NCBI GenBank assembly: GCA_965223545.1 | Contig: OZ245006.1 | Span: 3,936,001-4,000,000 of the forward strand | Direction: 5' to 3' | DNA: 64,000 bases | Source of the DNA: Planctomycetota bacterium | Lineage (GTDB): Bacteria > Planctomycetota > UBA1135 > UBA2386 | Shown: in pieces, positions 53,236 to 63,906 of the stretch | Layout of the letters: the number at the start of each line of letters is the position of its first letter | How positions within the stretch are numbered: position 1 is the stretch's first letter | Translations under genes and position numbers: made by a program | Notes under the pieces: generated by a model | The model's input: the letters and a program-made list of their open reading frames with translations, nothing else | What the model was told of the DNA's origin: nothing | The model's database searches: none

Positions 53236-54057
53236 TCAACGACCCGCGGCTTCCCAAGTCTCCCTACAGAGCGCCAGCATCGCAGGGGCGCAGTGACTGG
53301 ATCGAGACAGCTCGAAGCACACGGCGCCGGTGTAATCGGCGGCTTCGAGCGCGGCGCGCACCGCGCCGAAGTCGACATCCCCCTCTCCCGGCGGCAGGTG
53401 CTCGTGTACGCCAAAGCGCATATCTTCGAGATGGATCTGCGCCAGCCAGGGCGCGTGTGCGGGGATGGCGATCTCCGGAGCGGCCTCGCCGGTCACCAGG
53501 AGATGGCCGACGTCGAGGCAGAGCCGCGGCGCCGTCTCCGCCAGCGCGGCGCGCACCTCGCCCCATTGGGCCACCGTCTCGACCGCCATTCCGGGCTCGG
53601 GCTCCAACGCCGGGGTGAGGCCCACGTCGCGGACGAGCGCGCAAGTGCGCTCGATCCCCTCCATCAGCCACTGTCGTGCGGCGGCGTCGGGGCCGGGCGT
53701 TCCACCGGCCCAAAACGACAACACCGGCGCGCCCAGATCGCGACCGATCGCGGCACAGCGGCGGTAGAACTCCAGCCGTCGCTCCCGCCCCTGCGGGTCC
53801 CGCGTCATCAGGTTGGGTTCGTGCTTGGCCGTCGGGCTCAGCAGGAACCGCCCGCCGGTCTCGATCACGATCTGCAGCGACAGACGAGAGGCCAGTGCCG
53901 CGATCGCGTCGACCTCCGCCGAGGTCGCGCGCAGCGGGTCGAGGTGGGCGATGTCGGGGGTCAGCGCGACCGCCTGGTAGCCGTGGTCCGCCAGCAATCG
54001 CAGCCCGTCGTCGAGCCGGTGGCTCTGCAGGCCGTTGGTGTTGTAGCCGAGGAGCAT
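53236..54057 (-). CDS. Sugar phosphate isomerase/epimerase (AP endonuclease 2 / xylose isomerase-like TIM barrel)
   Basis: 'LGYNTNG', 'IETG.RFLL', 'LEPEPGM', 'LDVGH', 'IHLEDM...HEHL..G.G.VDF', 'ELSR'. Confidence 0.92.
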   Translation of the reverse strand: MLLGYNTNGLQSHRLDDGLRLLADHGYQAVALTPDIAHLDPLRATSAEVDAIAALASRLSLQIVIETGGRFLLSPTAKHEPNLMTRDPQGRERRLEFYRRCAAIGRDLGAPVLSFWAGGTPGPDAAARQWLMEGIERTCALVRDVGLTPALEPEPGMAVETVAQWGEVRAALAETAPRLCLDVGHLLVTGEAAPEIAIPAHAPWLAQIHLEDMRFGVHEHLPPGEGDVDFGAVRAALEAADYTGAVCFELSRSSHCAPAMLALCRETWEAAGR

Positions 54058-54086
54058 GGCCTTGGGGCGGCGAAGCGTGGACTCGC

Positions 54087-54647
54087 CTACCGGGTTTGGC
54101 GCATCGGCTTGAACTTGCGCACCCGACTCCGCAACGGATCCCAGCGGTCGAGCCGCTTCTGTAGCGCGAGGTACTCCGGCGGCATCGCCCAGCCCTCGAG
54201 GTCGGCCTCCTCCAACCACTCGGTCTGCGCCGCGATGCGCGCGTAGATTCCTTCCAGCGCGTCCCACGCCGCCGACAAGGCCTGGGAGTAGTCTGCGGTG
54301 CGGCCGGCGACGCGGGCGTCTTGCGCCTCGTTCCAGTGACCGACCACGTCGTCGAACCGCTCATCGAGCTCGAGGAACGCAGCCGCCTCGATCGCCGGCG
54401 CGGGCCGGTCGGGGGGGCGGCCGGTGCGGCCGACCCCCGGCACCGCCGTCTCCACGTCGCGCTCCACGCGCTCGCCGGCGGCCCGTGCGGCACCGCCCAT
54501 GGCGAACACGATCGCCAGCACGGCCACACCGAAGACCAGACCGGCGATCAGCATCGGCGGGGGCGCGCTGTGGGCGGCCGCCCGACGCGCCCGGGCTGCG
54601 CGCGTCTGCCGCGGGGAACGAACACGGGTGTGACGGGTGGCTGCCAT
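54087..54647 (-). CDS. Hypothetical single-TM membrane protein
   Basis: Basic N-terminus, hydrophobic 'MLIAGLVFGVAVLAIVFAM', helical soluble domain; lies in a minus-strand gene run. Confidence 0.65.
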   Translation of the reverse strand: MAATRHTRVRSPRQTRAARARRAAAHSAPPPMLIAGLVFGVAVLAIVFAMGGAARAAGERVERDVETAVPGVGRTGRPPDRPAPAIEAAAFLELDERFDDVVGHWNEAQDARVAGRTADYSQALSAAWDALEGIYARIAAQTEWLEEADLEGWAMPPEYLALQKRLDRWDPLRSRVRKFKPMRQTR

Positions 54648-54711
54648 CGGTCGGCGGCGCACTACACTAGTTTTTGCCCGCCGGCGTGTCGATCACCGCC
54701 GCTCCCCGGCG

Positions 54712-56022
54712 CTAGCCAGGTGCCCGGAGAACCGCGTAGTAGCCGCCGTCCGCCCGGCTGTCGGGGAGGGTGAGGCACTCGGCGACGAGCTCGAACCCCC
54801 GCGCCAGCGCGCGTTCGACGACCTGGCGATTCTCCTCGGGCTCGAGGCTGCACGTCGAATAGACCAGGGTGCCGCCGGGGACGACCAATCGCGTGGCGTC
54901 GCTCAGCAAGCCGTGCTGCACGAGCGCGAGGGCGTCGATCGACGCGGCGCCCAGCCGGCGCCTCACCTCCACCCGGCGGGCCAGCACCCCCGTGTTGGAG
55001 CACGGCGCGTCGACGAGCACGCGCTCGCATGGCGGCAGCGACTCGGGCCGCTCGTGCACCTGGACGATCGCGGTGACGCCCAGGCGCTGGGCGGCTGCGA
55101 GAATCGGCCTGCGCCGCGCGGCGCTCTTGTCGTAGGCGTGCACGACACCGGTCTCGCCGACCGCGTCGGCGAGCACCATCGTCTTGGTCCCCGGACCCGC
55201 GCACAGATCGAGCACGCGATCCCCCGGCCCCGCGCGCACGGCTTCGGCCGCGCGCAGAGCGGTCCGGTCCTGCGCCAGGCACTGGCCGCGTGCAAAGGTC
55301 TGCGTCGCGAATGGCGAACGGCCGCCACACCAATGCACGACGCGCGGGTGGTCGTCGGTCTCGACCTGCACGCCTTCGCTCATCAGCGCGGCCGCCAGTC
55401 GGCCGGCGTCGCGGCCAACGCCGCTGGTTGCGCACAGCGACACGCGCGGGCGGCGGGCGCTGGCCGCCGCGATCCGCTGCGCCGCCGCGACTCCGTGCGC
55501 CTCGGCCCAGCGGCCGACGATCTCCACCGGCAGCGCATGGCGCGTCGCGGCAAACTCCACCGGCTCGCTGCCCGGATCGGGCAACCGCACGCGGTCGAGC
55601 CGCAGCACGCGATCGCCGGGCAGCGACACCTGCTCGCGGGGCCGCGCCGGATCCGCCGGCCGCGGCTCGATCCGCGCCGCCAACGCGCGCAGCGCCGCGT
55701 TGACGAAACCGCGGGAGTGGCGCACCAGATCGACTGCGGTGTGCACCGCGGCGTGCGGCGGAATGCGCTCGAGCTCCAGCAGCTGGTAGGCACCGACGCG
55801 CAGCGCGGTCTTCGCGTTGGCGTCGCGCGGCAAGCGCTCACAGGCGCACGACAGCAGCACGAAATCGAGCCAGCCGCGCTGGCGTTCCACCCCCCGCGAC
55901 AGCTCGAGCGCCAGGTCGCGGTCGCGCTCGGGAAGCTCGGCCGGCGGCGGCGCCAACCGCCGCTGATCGCCCTTCTCGACCGCGAGCAAGCTGCGCCAGG
56001 CGGCGCGCCGGGCGGCGCTCAC
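54712..56022 (-). CDS. rsmB: 16S rRNA m5C967 methyltransferase RsmB/Sun-like
   Basis: NusB-like N-terminus ('LRVGAYQL', 'GFVNA.LR'); 'VLDLCAGPG.KT', 'DAPCSNTG', 'VYSTCS..PEEN'; GTGA overlap with fmt. Confidence 0.93.
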   Translation of the reverse strand: MSAARRAAWRSLLAVEKGDQRRLAPPPAELPERDRDLALELSRGVERQRGWLDFVLLSCACERLPRDANAKTALRVGAYQLLELERIPPHAAVHTAVDLVRHSRGFVNAALRALAARIEPRPADPARPREQVSLPGDRVLRLDRVRLPDPGSEPVEFAATRHALPVEIVGRWAEAHGVAAAQRIAAASARRPRVSLCATSGVGRDAGRLAAALMSEGVQVETDDHPRVVHWCGGRSPFATQTFARGQCLAQDRTALRAAEAVRAGPGDRVLDLCAGPGTKTMVLADAVGETGVVHAYDKSAARRRPILAAAQRLGVTAIVQVHERPESLPPCERVLVDAPCSNTGVLARRVEVRRRLGAASIDALALVQHGLLSDATRLVVPGGTLVYSTCSLEPEENRQVVERALARGFELVAECLTLPDSRADGGYYAVLRAPG

Positions 56023-56951
56023 CCGAATCGGGCTTCCGGCGGCACCGGGTGCCCCCGCACCCACTCACCGGCGGTCATGTTGCGGCCGTTGTCGGGCTTG
56101 ATCCGCGTGATGCGGAACAGATCCTTGCCGGTGCACACGCGGATGCCCTCCTCACCCGCGGTTTGGATCAGGCCGGCGACGCCGGCGCCGTAGAGATCCT
56201 GCTCGACCTCGCCTTCCATGACGATGAAGCGCTTGGCATTCAAGCGCGTCTGCGCGCCCGGCTTCGGCGTCATCGCACGCACCAGGAGATCGATCTCGAC
56301 GGCCGGACGGTTCCAGTCGATCACGCCGTCGGGCTTCTCGATCGATTTCGCCCAGCTCGCCTTGGAGTCGTCTTGCGGCGCGAACTCGTGGCTGCCGGCG
56401 CCGATCTTCTCCAGGGCCTCGAGCAGGGTCTTGCCGGCCATCTCCGCCAGCCGCGCCCGCAGCTCGCCGGCGGTCTCGCGATCGCCGATCGCGGTCTTCC
56501 TCTGCATCATCACCGGCCCCGCATCGAGCTTCTCGGCGATCTGCATGATCGAGATGCCGGTCTCGGTGTGGCCGTCCTTGATCGCGTGCTGGATCGGGGC
56601 TGCGCCGCGATACAGCGGCAGCAGGGACGCGTGCGCATTGATGCAGCCCTGGCTCGGGGCTTTGAACAGGGCTTTCGACATGATCACGCCGTAGCTGACC
56701 ACGATGCCGAGGTCGAACCCCTCGCCTGCGAGCTTCTTCACGAAGTCGGGGTCGTTGGCATCCTCGGGCTGCTCGCACGGCAACTCGAGCTCTTCGGCCT
56801 CGAGGCGGACTTCCGCCGGCCAAATCTTGCGCCCACGACCTCGGGGCGCATCGGGCTTGGTGACCACGAGTGCGGGCGCGTGGCCACCTTGGGCCAGCGC
56901 CCGCAACGCGGGCCGCGCAAAATCACTGCTGCCGAAGAAAACGATCTTCAA
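56019..56951 (-). CDS. fmt: Methionyl-tRNA formyltransferase
   Basis: TTG start; 'KIVFFG.SDFA', 'VT.PD...GRG', 'INAHASLLPLYRGAAPIQ', 'LDAG'. Confidence 0.97.
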   Translation of the reverse strand: MKIVFFGSSDFARPALRALAQGGHAPALVVTKPDAPRGRGRKIWPAEVRLEAEELELPCEQPEDANDPDFVKKLAGEGFDLGIVVSYGVIMSKALFKAPSQGCINAHASLLPLYRGAAPIQHAIKDGHTETGISIMQIAEKLDAGPVMMQRKTAIGDRETAGELRARLAEMAGKTLLEALEKIGAGSHEFAPQDDSKASWAKSIEKPDGVIDWNRPAVEIDLLVRAMTPKPGAQTRLNAKRFIVMEGEVEQDLYGAGVAGLIQTAGEEGIRVCTGKDLFRITRIKPDNGRNMTAGEWVRGHPVPPEARFG

Positions 56952-57054
56952 GGTTCCCGGAGTGCTTCGGTTGCTGGACGGAATGCAACGTAGCGGGCAG
57001 CATCTCGGCCTGCAAACCAGCTTCTGGCGGCACGGGGTTTCCGCCGCGACACAC

Positions 57055-57861
57055 ATGCTCGCCACGCTTCCCGACGACCCTTTCGCGCTGACGCCGACGC
57101 CGCCGTTTCGGCCGGCCGGTCGGCGGGCGCTGCGCGTGTGGGGCGCGCCGGTGGATGTCACCTGGCTGCCCGAGCGCGCCGGCCGGCAGGGAGCGCCGAC
57201 TGCCGAACGACCGGTGCTGGCGCCGAGTCCGGCCGCGCGCATCTTGGCGACCGAGGCGGTGTGGACCGCCGGCGGCTGCGCGATCACGCCCAACCCCTAC
57301 CCGATCGCCGAGCGCGAGCTGCTGCTCTGGTCGACCGACCCCGTGCGCGAGCTGCCGCTGCCACTGATCGAGCTCGCGCTGACGCTCGAGGAACGCGTCG
57401 ACGGCGCGCTGACCATCAACAGCGTCGGCGCGGCGGCCTCGATCACGCGGGCGCACGTCCACCTCATGGGCGAGCGCACCGAGTTCTTGCCCGCCCTGCC
57501 CCGGCGCACGGTGCGACCGGACTACCTCGCCGACTGCGCCGGGGTGGAGTCGCTGCAGCTCGACGTGCCCGTGCTGACGCTCGGGCTGCGCGGTCCGGTG
57601 CCGGCGCGCGCGGTCGCCCTGCACCGCGTGCTCGAGCTGCGGCGCTGCGCCGCCTACAACGTCGCCAGCCAGGGCGGCGAGACCTGGCTCTTGCCGCGAT
57701 CCGCGGTGGAGATCACCGCCCCCCACTTCCCGCAGGCCCTCGGCGCGGCCGAGTTCTGGGGCCGCTGGTGTTTCGCCGACCGGGCCGCCTTCGAGCGCGC
57801 GGACGGCGCCTCGCTCGAGCGGGCGCTCGCCCTCGGTGGTGTTCCGGCCGAGGGGGCGTGA
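57055..57861 (+). CDS. Hypothetical protein with HIT-like nucleotide-sugar phosphorylase features
   Basis: 'NPYPI', 'INSVGAAASITRAHVHL', 'YNV', 'GAAEFWG' resemble the GDP-hexose phosphorylase / Ap4A phosphorylase layout. Confidence 0.55.
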   Translation: MLATLPDDPFALTPTPPFRPAGRRALRVWGAPVDVTWLPERAGRQGAPTAERPVLAPSPAARILATEAVWTAGGCAITPNPYPIAERELLLWSTDPVRELPLPLIELALTLEERVDGALTINSVGAAASITRAHVHLMGERTEFLPALPRRTVRPDYLADCAGVESLQLDVPVLTLGLRGPVPARAVALHRVLELRRCAAYNVASQGGETWLLPRSAVEITAPHFPQALGAAEFWGRWCFADRAAFERADGASLERALALGGVPAEGA

Positions 57862-57873
57862 GCTTCGCCGAGC

Positions 57874-59652
57874 TCAGCGCAGGACGACCTGGTGCGCGTC
57901 GGTGAACCGGACCCCCGTCGCGTCGACTCCGACCCCCTGCATGAAGACCTCGAGGGCGCCGATGGCCGGCGGGACGGGCAGGGTGATGCTCGCCCCACCG
58001 GTGGGCAGCGCGCTGCCCGACCCGCCGAGCACCGAGACGAACGGCGCGGTCGGATCGATCCACAGGCCCGGGGTAGTCGACAGCGGCAGCGAACCCGCGG
58101 GCAAGGGCTGTAGCAGCAGCAGGTAGGGCGCGCCGGCCAGCGCACCCGCCGGCGACGAGAGCGTGGCGTGGACCAGATCCCCCGCGCTCGCGCCCAAGAC
58201 GAACAAGCCCGGACCGTGCGCCGGCACCCAGTTGATGCCGGTCGCCAACCGTAGATCGGCGCCCGAGCCGGGAAACGGGTTCGTGTCCAGGGCCCAGATC
58301 GCGTCGTTGTCGCTGGTCGGGTGCTGCACGCAGATGTACATCCGGTACGGATCGTTGGGATCGGCGATGAGGCCGCTCGGCTCGGTGCCGGCGACGCCGA
58401 GGCTGGCCAACATGCCGATGGCCTCCGCCACGCCGTCGCGATCGGCGTCGAACACCTTCCACACGTCGCCGGGCTCCTCGTCCTCGACGACATACAGCCC
58501 GCCGAACGCATCCTGCGCCATGTTGTCGGGGTCGTCGAAGTTGGTCTGCGCGTCCGGTCCCGGGTCGCCCAGGGGATCGTTCTGGGTGGGATTGACATCG
58601 GCGCCCGTCGCCAGATTGATGGTGTCGAAGTCGACCAGCACCCGCACGTCGACCGTGGTCGCGTCCAGCAGCTCGATGGTCAAGACGCGGTTCTCGCTGG
58701 TCAGCGCGACGTAGACCGCCTCGTTGCCGTTTGCCAACCGACCGATCTCGATGTCCTCGGGCCGCCCGTAGGGGGTGCCGCCGACCTCGTCGGCCGCATC
58801 GCGCCCGCCGGTGACGGTGACGTAGGCGAACGGATTGGCCACGGTCAGCGGAACGCCCATAGGGTCGGTGAGCGGCACCCAACGGCCGGGCCCGAAGCGG
58901 CTGGCGTTGAGATTGATCGGCGTGGACCAGGGCTCGGCTGCCCTGGTCGAAGTGCTGGCGGCAAACGCGTCGATGCTGAGCGCGAAGCTCTGCCCCACGG
59001 TCAGATCTCCAGGAGTCTGCGGGGTGAACTTGTAGATCGAGCCGGAGTCGTCCTCGTCGACGAAGTACAGACTGCCGGCCGCATCGAACCGCAGGCCCTC
59101 GTGCGCGACCGCCGGGACATTCGACAGCCAGCGCACCCCGTACGGCTCGGCGCCGAACGGGTTCTGCACTTCGAACAGGCGGCCGCCCGTGGTCTCCTCG
59201 CCGGTGAGGATCGAGTTCCACGGCGTCAGCGTCGCCGGATCGAGCTGCTTGTAGTCGCCGACGTTGGGGACGAACAGCTGAGGGTTGCTCTGCCGGTTGC
59301 CCGAGCCATCACCGCGCATCAACACCACGAACGTGGCAGTCTGCATGTCGTAGCGGAACAGCCCCGACCCGGTACCCACCTCGCACGGCACGACCAGGTA
59401 GCGACTGCTCGGGTCGACCGCCAACATGTCCCAAGTGCGGAAGCTGTTCGGCAACCCGGACGGCAACAACGTGGCGCGGTCGGTGATCCACGTCTGCGTC
59501 ACGCCCTGCGGCAACAAGAACGGAGCTGTGTTCTCCAGATGAGTGCGGGGCGGCGTTGTCTGTGGCAGCGGAAACAACTGCCCGGCGGCGGCCGGACAGA
59601 GCACGATGCCAACCAGGACAGCGCGCGCGAGCGATCCTGAGTCTTCGAACAT
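57874..59652 (-). CDS. PhoX-family (DUF839) alkaline phosphatase-like secreted protein with C-terminal domain
   Basis: 'TPW.S.LTGEE', 'HEG', 'YF.DED', 'RPED', 'PDN', 'YV.ED', 'EPSG', 'VQHP'. Confidence 0.9.
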   Translation of the reverse strand: MFEDSGSLARAVLVGIVLCPAAAGQLFPLPQTTPPRTHLENTAPFLLPQGVTQTWITDRATLLPSGLPNSFRTWDMLAVDPSSRYLVVPCEVGTGSGLFRYDMQTATFVVLMRGDGSGNRQSNPQLFVPNVGDYKQLDPATLTPWNSILTGEETTGGRLFEVQNPFGAEPYGVRWLSNVPAVAHEGLRFDAAGSLYFVDEDDSGSIYKFTPQTPGDLTVGQSFALSIDAFAASTSTRAAEPWSTPINLNASRFGPGRWVPLTDPMGVPLTVANPFAYVTVTGGRDAADEVGGTPYGRPEDIEIGRLANGNEAVYVALTSENRVLTIELLDATTVDVRVLVDFDTINLATGADVNPTQNDPLGDPGPDAQTNFDDPDNMAQDAFGGLYVVEDEEPGDVWKVFDADRDGVAEAIGMLASLGVAGTEPSGLIADPNDPYRMYICVQHPTSDNDAIWALDTNPFPGSGADLRLATGINWVPAHGPGLFVLGASAGDLVHATLSSPAGALAGAPYLLLLQPLPAGSLPLSTTPGLWIDPTAPFVSVLGGSGSALPTGGASITLPVPPAIGALEVFMQGVGVDATGVRFTDAHQVVLR

Positions 59653-59775
59653 CGGGTGGAGAACGGTACCCCGCCCGCAGCGGTGTCGGCCAGCCGCGGG
59701 TCTTCCGCAGCTTGGGTGGCGCCCCATTCTGAAAAACCCTGATCCGCTTCTCGGGGACGGACGTCCGCGCGCGCT

Positions 59776-62685
59776 TCAGCGGCCGATCGTCAGCAAGCCC
59801 GCGTCGGACAGCACCACTCCCGCGGTGTTGGCCGGCGGATCGGCGATCGCCCATTGAGAGACCAGCTGCCCGCCCACCAGGGCGGCGTTGGCCGGGATCA
59901 CCAGGGGGAACGCCACCTTGCCCAGGGAATTGGTGGCGATCGGCAAGCTGATGACCGGGGTCGTGTAGAGGGTGCACCCGGGCATGCCCAGGGCGGCCAG
60001 CGGCAGCGCGGTCGGCATCGCTCCCACGGCCCACGCCCCGGGCATCAGCCCCGGCGCGGTCCGCAGCTGGGTGAGGAGCGGGGCGCCAATCTTGACGACA
60101 CCAGCGAACTCGCTGCGCGGCAGCGCGCCGGCGGAACCCGCACACGGTGCGCCGAACACCACCACGTCGCCCGGATCGGCGGCGCGCTGGCTGGCGAACA
60201 CCTCCACCCGACCGTTCTGCTGCGCGCCGGGCGCGCCCGGTGAGCCGACGCCGATCTCGGGCAAGCCATCGCCGTTCAAGTCCCCCAAACCGCGCGCCAC
60301 GCGGGTCTGGTCGAACGGAAGCGTGCCCGTGAAGGTCTGCAGGACGCGCCCGTCGAAGCCCGAGTAGATCGACACCCATCCGGTGGGCAAGCCCGACGAC
60401 AGCCCGTTGGTCGCCCCCGCGGCGAAGTCGTCGTATCCGTCGCCGTCGTAATCACCGATGCCGCCCACCGCCTCGCCGAGCTGGTCGCCCGGGTCGGTGC
60501 CGAACACCGTGTGCAGCACGCTGCCGTCCTTGCCCGAGAACACTCGCGCCATGCCAGCGTCCTGGATGGCACCGCCGTTGGGATCGTGCCGGTACGCGCC
60601 GACGATGAGATCGGGCACCCCGTCCGCGTTGGCATCGCCGATCGGCGCCAAGTCCCAGCCAAACAGGTCGCGCGTGCCGAGACCGTTGAACGTCTGCAAG
60701 ACGCCACCGGTGCCGGTCGAATAGACGGTGACCGTGCCGTTGCCGATCGGCACCGTCTGGCCCGAGGGCGCGCCGACCGCCAAGTCGTCCTTGCCGTCGC
60801 CGTCCCAGTCACCCACGTTGGCGGCGGACCAGCCGAACCACGCGCCCAAGGGACCGACGAACGTCAGACCAGGAATCGCAGTGCCGGTCGCCCCGCTGTA
60901 GATCACCACCTGGCCCGTGCCGCTCGCCGACGGATCCGAATCGGAGATGAAGTAGTCGTCGACACCATCGCCATCGAGATCACCCATGGTGCCGACCCGG
61001 GTGCCGCGATGCATGCCGAACAGCGTCCCGGTGTGGGAGCGCAGCAAGTTGAAGTTGGCTCCGCTGTAGATATCCGCCCGACCCGCGTCGAGCAGGGACC
61101 CGCCGACCGCGTCGTAGTGATAGACGCCGATGATCAGGTCCATCACCCCATCCGAGTCGATGTCGCCGGCGCGTTCGAAGTCGATGCCGAACCAAGTTCC
61201 GACCTGCTGGGTCTCGGTCCACGACTTGATGACGGTGTGCGTCGCGCCGGAGTACAGCTCCACCTGACCAAAGCCGGTGGGCGCCGGACCACAGCACATG
61301 TAGTCCGGGACCTGGTCGCCATCGATGTCGCCGACCGACTTGATGACCGAGCCGTACTGCGTGCCGGCGATGCCCGGCGAGTGGGTCGCCACGACGGTCT
61401 CTCCATCGCGCGGACCACCGCCGTGCAGCCGGGCCTGGCCGGCGTCGGCCCCCGCCGTATCGTCGCCGGGAACGCCGACCAAGACGGCGCCATAGCCGTC
61501 GCCACTGGTGTCTCCGCCGACGGAGACCGCGGTGCCGGCCGCATCGCCGGCGGTGCCGAGATAGCTCGCCAGCGGCCAGCCGCTCGCGCCGGAGAACAAC
61601 CGCGCCAAACCCGCGCCGACGCCACCGAGATCGTGGCCGGGCGCGCCGACCAAGGCGTCGCTGCGGCCGTCGCCATCGGCGTCGTGCCCAAGCGCGACTG
61701 CGCTGCCGAACGCATCACCGGCGGCATCGCCGGTCCAGCTCCAGAGGAGAGCACCGGTCGCGCCCGAGAGAACCGCGGCGGCACCCGCATCGATCCCCGC
61801 GGTGTCGTCGCCGGGGATCCCGACCGCGACATCGGGGGCGCCATCGCCATCGACGTCCGCGCCACCGCTCAGCGCGGTGCCGGCCGCGTCGCCGGCGACC
61901 GCACCCTGCCAGCTCCACAGGACGGCAGCCGTCGCGCCGGAGTGGACGTGGATGGCGCCCGCATCGGTGGCGGTCGCGTCGTCACCGGGCACGCCGACGA
62001 CGAACTCGGCGCGACAATCCCCGTCGAGATCGCCCACCGCCGCCACCGCGCTGCCGAGCGCATCACCGGCCGCGCCGCCGGTCACGGTATGGAGCAGCGT
62101 CGCGGTGCGCCCCGACCAGATCTGGCAGCGGCCGGCGTCCATCGCCGCGGCGGAGAGATCGAAGCCAGGTGCGCCGATGCCGACATCGGCGTAGCCATCG
62201 GCATCGACATCGCCGACTCCCGCCACCGCACTGCCGAGCGCGTCACCGGCGGAAACGCCGTCCACGGTGAGCAGCACGGCACCCGTGGCGCCGGAGAACA
62301 CCTGGGCGCGGCCCGCATCGGTCCCGCCTTGGTCGGCACCGGGGATGCCGACCACGACATCACCAACGCCATCGCCGTCGAAGTCGCCGGCAGAAGCCAC
62401 TGCCGCGCCGAGCTGATCACCGGCATTGGCACCGGTGAACGTGTGCAGGACCGCACCGGTGGCGCCCGAGTACAGCGTCGCGGTGCCGGCTCCCGCGGTC
62501 GGCGCGCCGACCAACACGTCGGCGCGCCGGTCGCCGTCGGTGTCGCCGACCACGGCGACCGCCCGACCGGCCTCGGCCCCCGCGCCCCCTCCATTCACCG
62601 CGAACTGCAGGGGTTGTTGGGCTGCGACCGGTACCAGCAGGACCGTTGCCAGGGAGGTTCCAAAAGACAGGCTGCGCATGATCAT
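59776..62685 (-). CDS. Secreted FG-GAP / integrin-alpha-like repeat protein with C-terminal domain
   Basis: Signal peptide; 14 repeats of 'G.AV..VGD.DGDG..D..VGAP...G...V.SG.TG'. Confidence 0.93.
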   Translation of the reverse strand: MIMRSLSFGTSLATVLLVPVAAQQPLQFAVNGGGAGAEAGRAVAVVGDTDGDRRADVLVGAPTAGAGTATLYSGATGAVLHTFTGANAGDQLGAAVASAGDFDGDGVGDVVVGIPGADQGGTDAGRAQVFSGATGAVLLTVDGVSAGDALGSAVAGVGDVDADGYADVGIGAPGFDLSAAAMDAGRCQIWSGRTATLLHTVTGGAAGDALGSAVAAVGDLDGDCRAEFVVGVPGDDATATDAGAIHVHSGATAAVLWSWQGAVAGDAAGTALSGGADVDGDGAPDVAVGIPGDDTAGIDAGAAAVLSGATGALLWSWTGDAAGDAFGSAVALGHDADGDGRSDALVGAPGHDLGGVGAGLARLFSGASGWPLASYLGTAGDAAGTAVSVGGDTSGDGYGAVLVGVPGDDTAGADAGQARLHGGGPRDGETVVATHSPGIAGTQYGSVIKSVGDIDGDQVPDYMCCGPAPTGFGQVELYSGATHTVIKSWTETQQVGTWFGIDFERAGDIDSDGVMDLIIGVYHYDAVGGSLLDAGRADIYSGANFNLLRSHTGTLFGMHRGTRVGTMGDLDGDGVDDYFISDSDPSASGTGQVVIYSGATGTAIPGLTFVGPLGAWFGWSAANVGDWDGDGKDDLAVGAPSGQTVPIGNGTVTVYSTGTGGVLQTFNGLGTRDLFGWDLAPIGDANADGVPDLIVGAYRHDPNGGAIQDAGMARVFSGKDGSVLHTVFGTDPGDQLGEAVGGIGDYDGDGYDDFAAGATNGLSSGLPTGWVSIYSGFDGRVLQTFTGTLPFDQTRVARGLGDLNGDGLPEIGVGSPGAPGAQQNGRVEVFASQRAADPGDVVVFGAPCAGSAGALPRSEFAGVVKIGAPLLTQLRTAPGLMPGAWAVGAMPTALPLAALGMPGCTLYTTPVISLPIATNSLGKVAFPLVIPANAALVGGQLVSQWAIADPPANTAGVVLSDAGLLTIGR

Positions 62686-62903
62686 GGTTTCCACGTCCGC
62701 AAACGCCGCGGGGAGACGCGCCGGGGCTCGGACAGCCAAGAAAGGTGTGTGTGTTGTCGAGACAGTTCCGACCCGAACGGGCCTTGGGACTCTGCCCCTG
62801 CATAAGGCTAACTCACGTCTCCGGAGGTTGCCTAGCCCCGACGGCAGCGCGCGTTCGGCGCTGAGCGGGCCCCGCTTGCAAGGGCCGGGTGTATGGGCCG
62901 GGG

Positions 62904-63776
62904 TCAGTCGGCGGGAGGGGCGCTGGCGGCGGGTCCGAGGCCATTGGCCTCGTCGGGCGCCGATCCGGCCACCGCATCGTCGACATCCGTCTCCGCGTCC
63001 TCGCTGGCGTCCTGGTGCTGCAGGGCCAGAAGCTGATCCACCGACAGGTGTTGCGGGCCGACGAAGACCACCAGGATGGGGTCGTCCCACTGCTGCTGGT
63101 GCGCCCGCAGCAGTCCCTGCTTCATCAGCTCGAGCACTGCCGAGAACACCCCGATGAGCCCGTAGCGCCCCTCGGCCCGGTCGAACAAGTGCTCGAACTG
63201 CACCTCGCCCTTGCCGACGAGCCGGTCCAGCACCTGCCCGGTGTAGTAGCGCACGTCGCGACGCTCGACGTCGACGTGCATGGTGGTGTCGGTGCCGGTC
63301 TCTTCCAGCAGCTTGGCGAACGCCGCGGTCAGGCTCCAGATCTCCACCGAGCCCAGGTCGAGCTCCGGCCCCTCCGGCTCGCGCGCGCGCAGCGCCTCGG
63401 GCAGGGGCAGGCGCGGACTCACCATGCGGCCGCGCTGCTGGCCCATGCGGTCCAATCGACGCGACAGGTCGCGGTAGCGCTTGTACTCGAGCAGTCGCCG
63501 GATCAGGTCGTCGCGCGGGTCGAGCTCCTCCTCGACCGACACTTCCTCGCCCGGCAGGAGCTCACGCGACTTGATCTCCATCAGCGTGCTCGCCATCACG
63601 ACGAAGTCGCCGATGTCGGCCAGATCGAGCGTCTTCAGCACGTCGAGGTGCGCGAGGTAGCCCTCCAAGATCTTGGCGATCGAGACCTCGTGGATGTCCA
63701 CCTCCTGCTGCTTGATCAGGTGCAGCAAGAGGTCCAGTGGACCGGCGAACACCGGCAGCTCCACGCGGTAGGACAT
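62904..63776 (-). CDS. scpA: Segregation and condensation protein A (kleisin)
   Basis: 'F.GPLDLLLHLI...EVDI', 'DF.VMASTLMEIKSR.LLP', 'DPR..L..RLLEYK.Y', 'F.A.LEL.K'. Confidence 0.96.
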   Translation of the reverse strand: MSYRVELPVFAGPLDLLLHLIKQQEVDIHEVSIAKILEGYLAHLDVLKTLDLADIGDFVVMASTLMEIKSRELLPGEEVSVEEELDPRDDLIRRLLEYKRYRDLSRRLDRMGQQRGRMVSPRLPLPEALRAREPEGPELDLGSVEIWSLTAAFAKLLEETGTDTTMHVDVERRDVRYYTGQVLDRLVGKGEVQFEHLFDRAEGRYGLIGVFSAVLELMKQGLLRAHQQQWDDPILVVFVGPQHLSVDQLLALQHQDASEDAETDVDDAVAGSAPDEANGLGPAASAPPAD

Positions 63777-63906
63777 CGGCCGAATCGTCGGGCAAGGCCG
63801 GCGAAGATGCCAGCCGAGGACGGCGGAAACGGCGGCTTGGCGGGCTGCGGCGCGGCGCCACCTGCGCGCGGGCTTCGGGCGAGCCCGCCTGCTAATCTCT
63901 GCGCGC

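Noticed and set aside
62690..62900. Riboswitch (c-di-GMP-like) upstream of the FG-GAP gene
   Set aside because: Only a vague resemblance; the conserved GEMM elements could not be located by eye. An Rfam search would settle it.
62904..63776. scpA without adjacent scpB/smc
   Set aside because: Split scpA/scpB/smc arrangements are common, so this is not informative.
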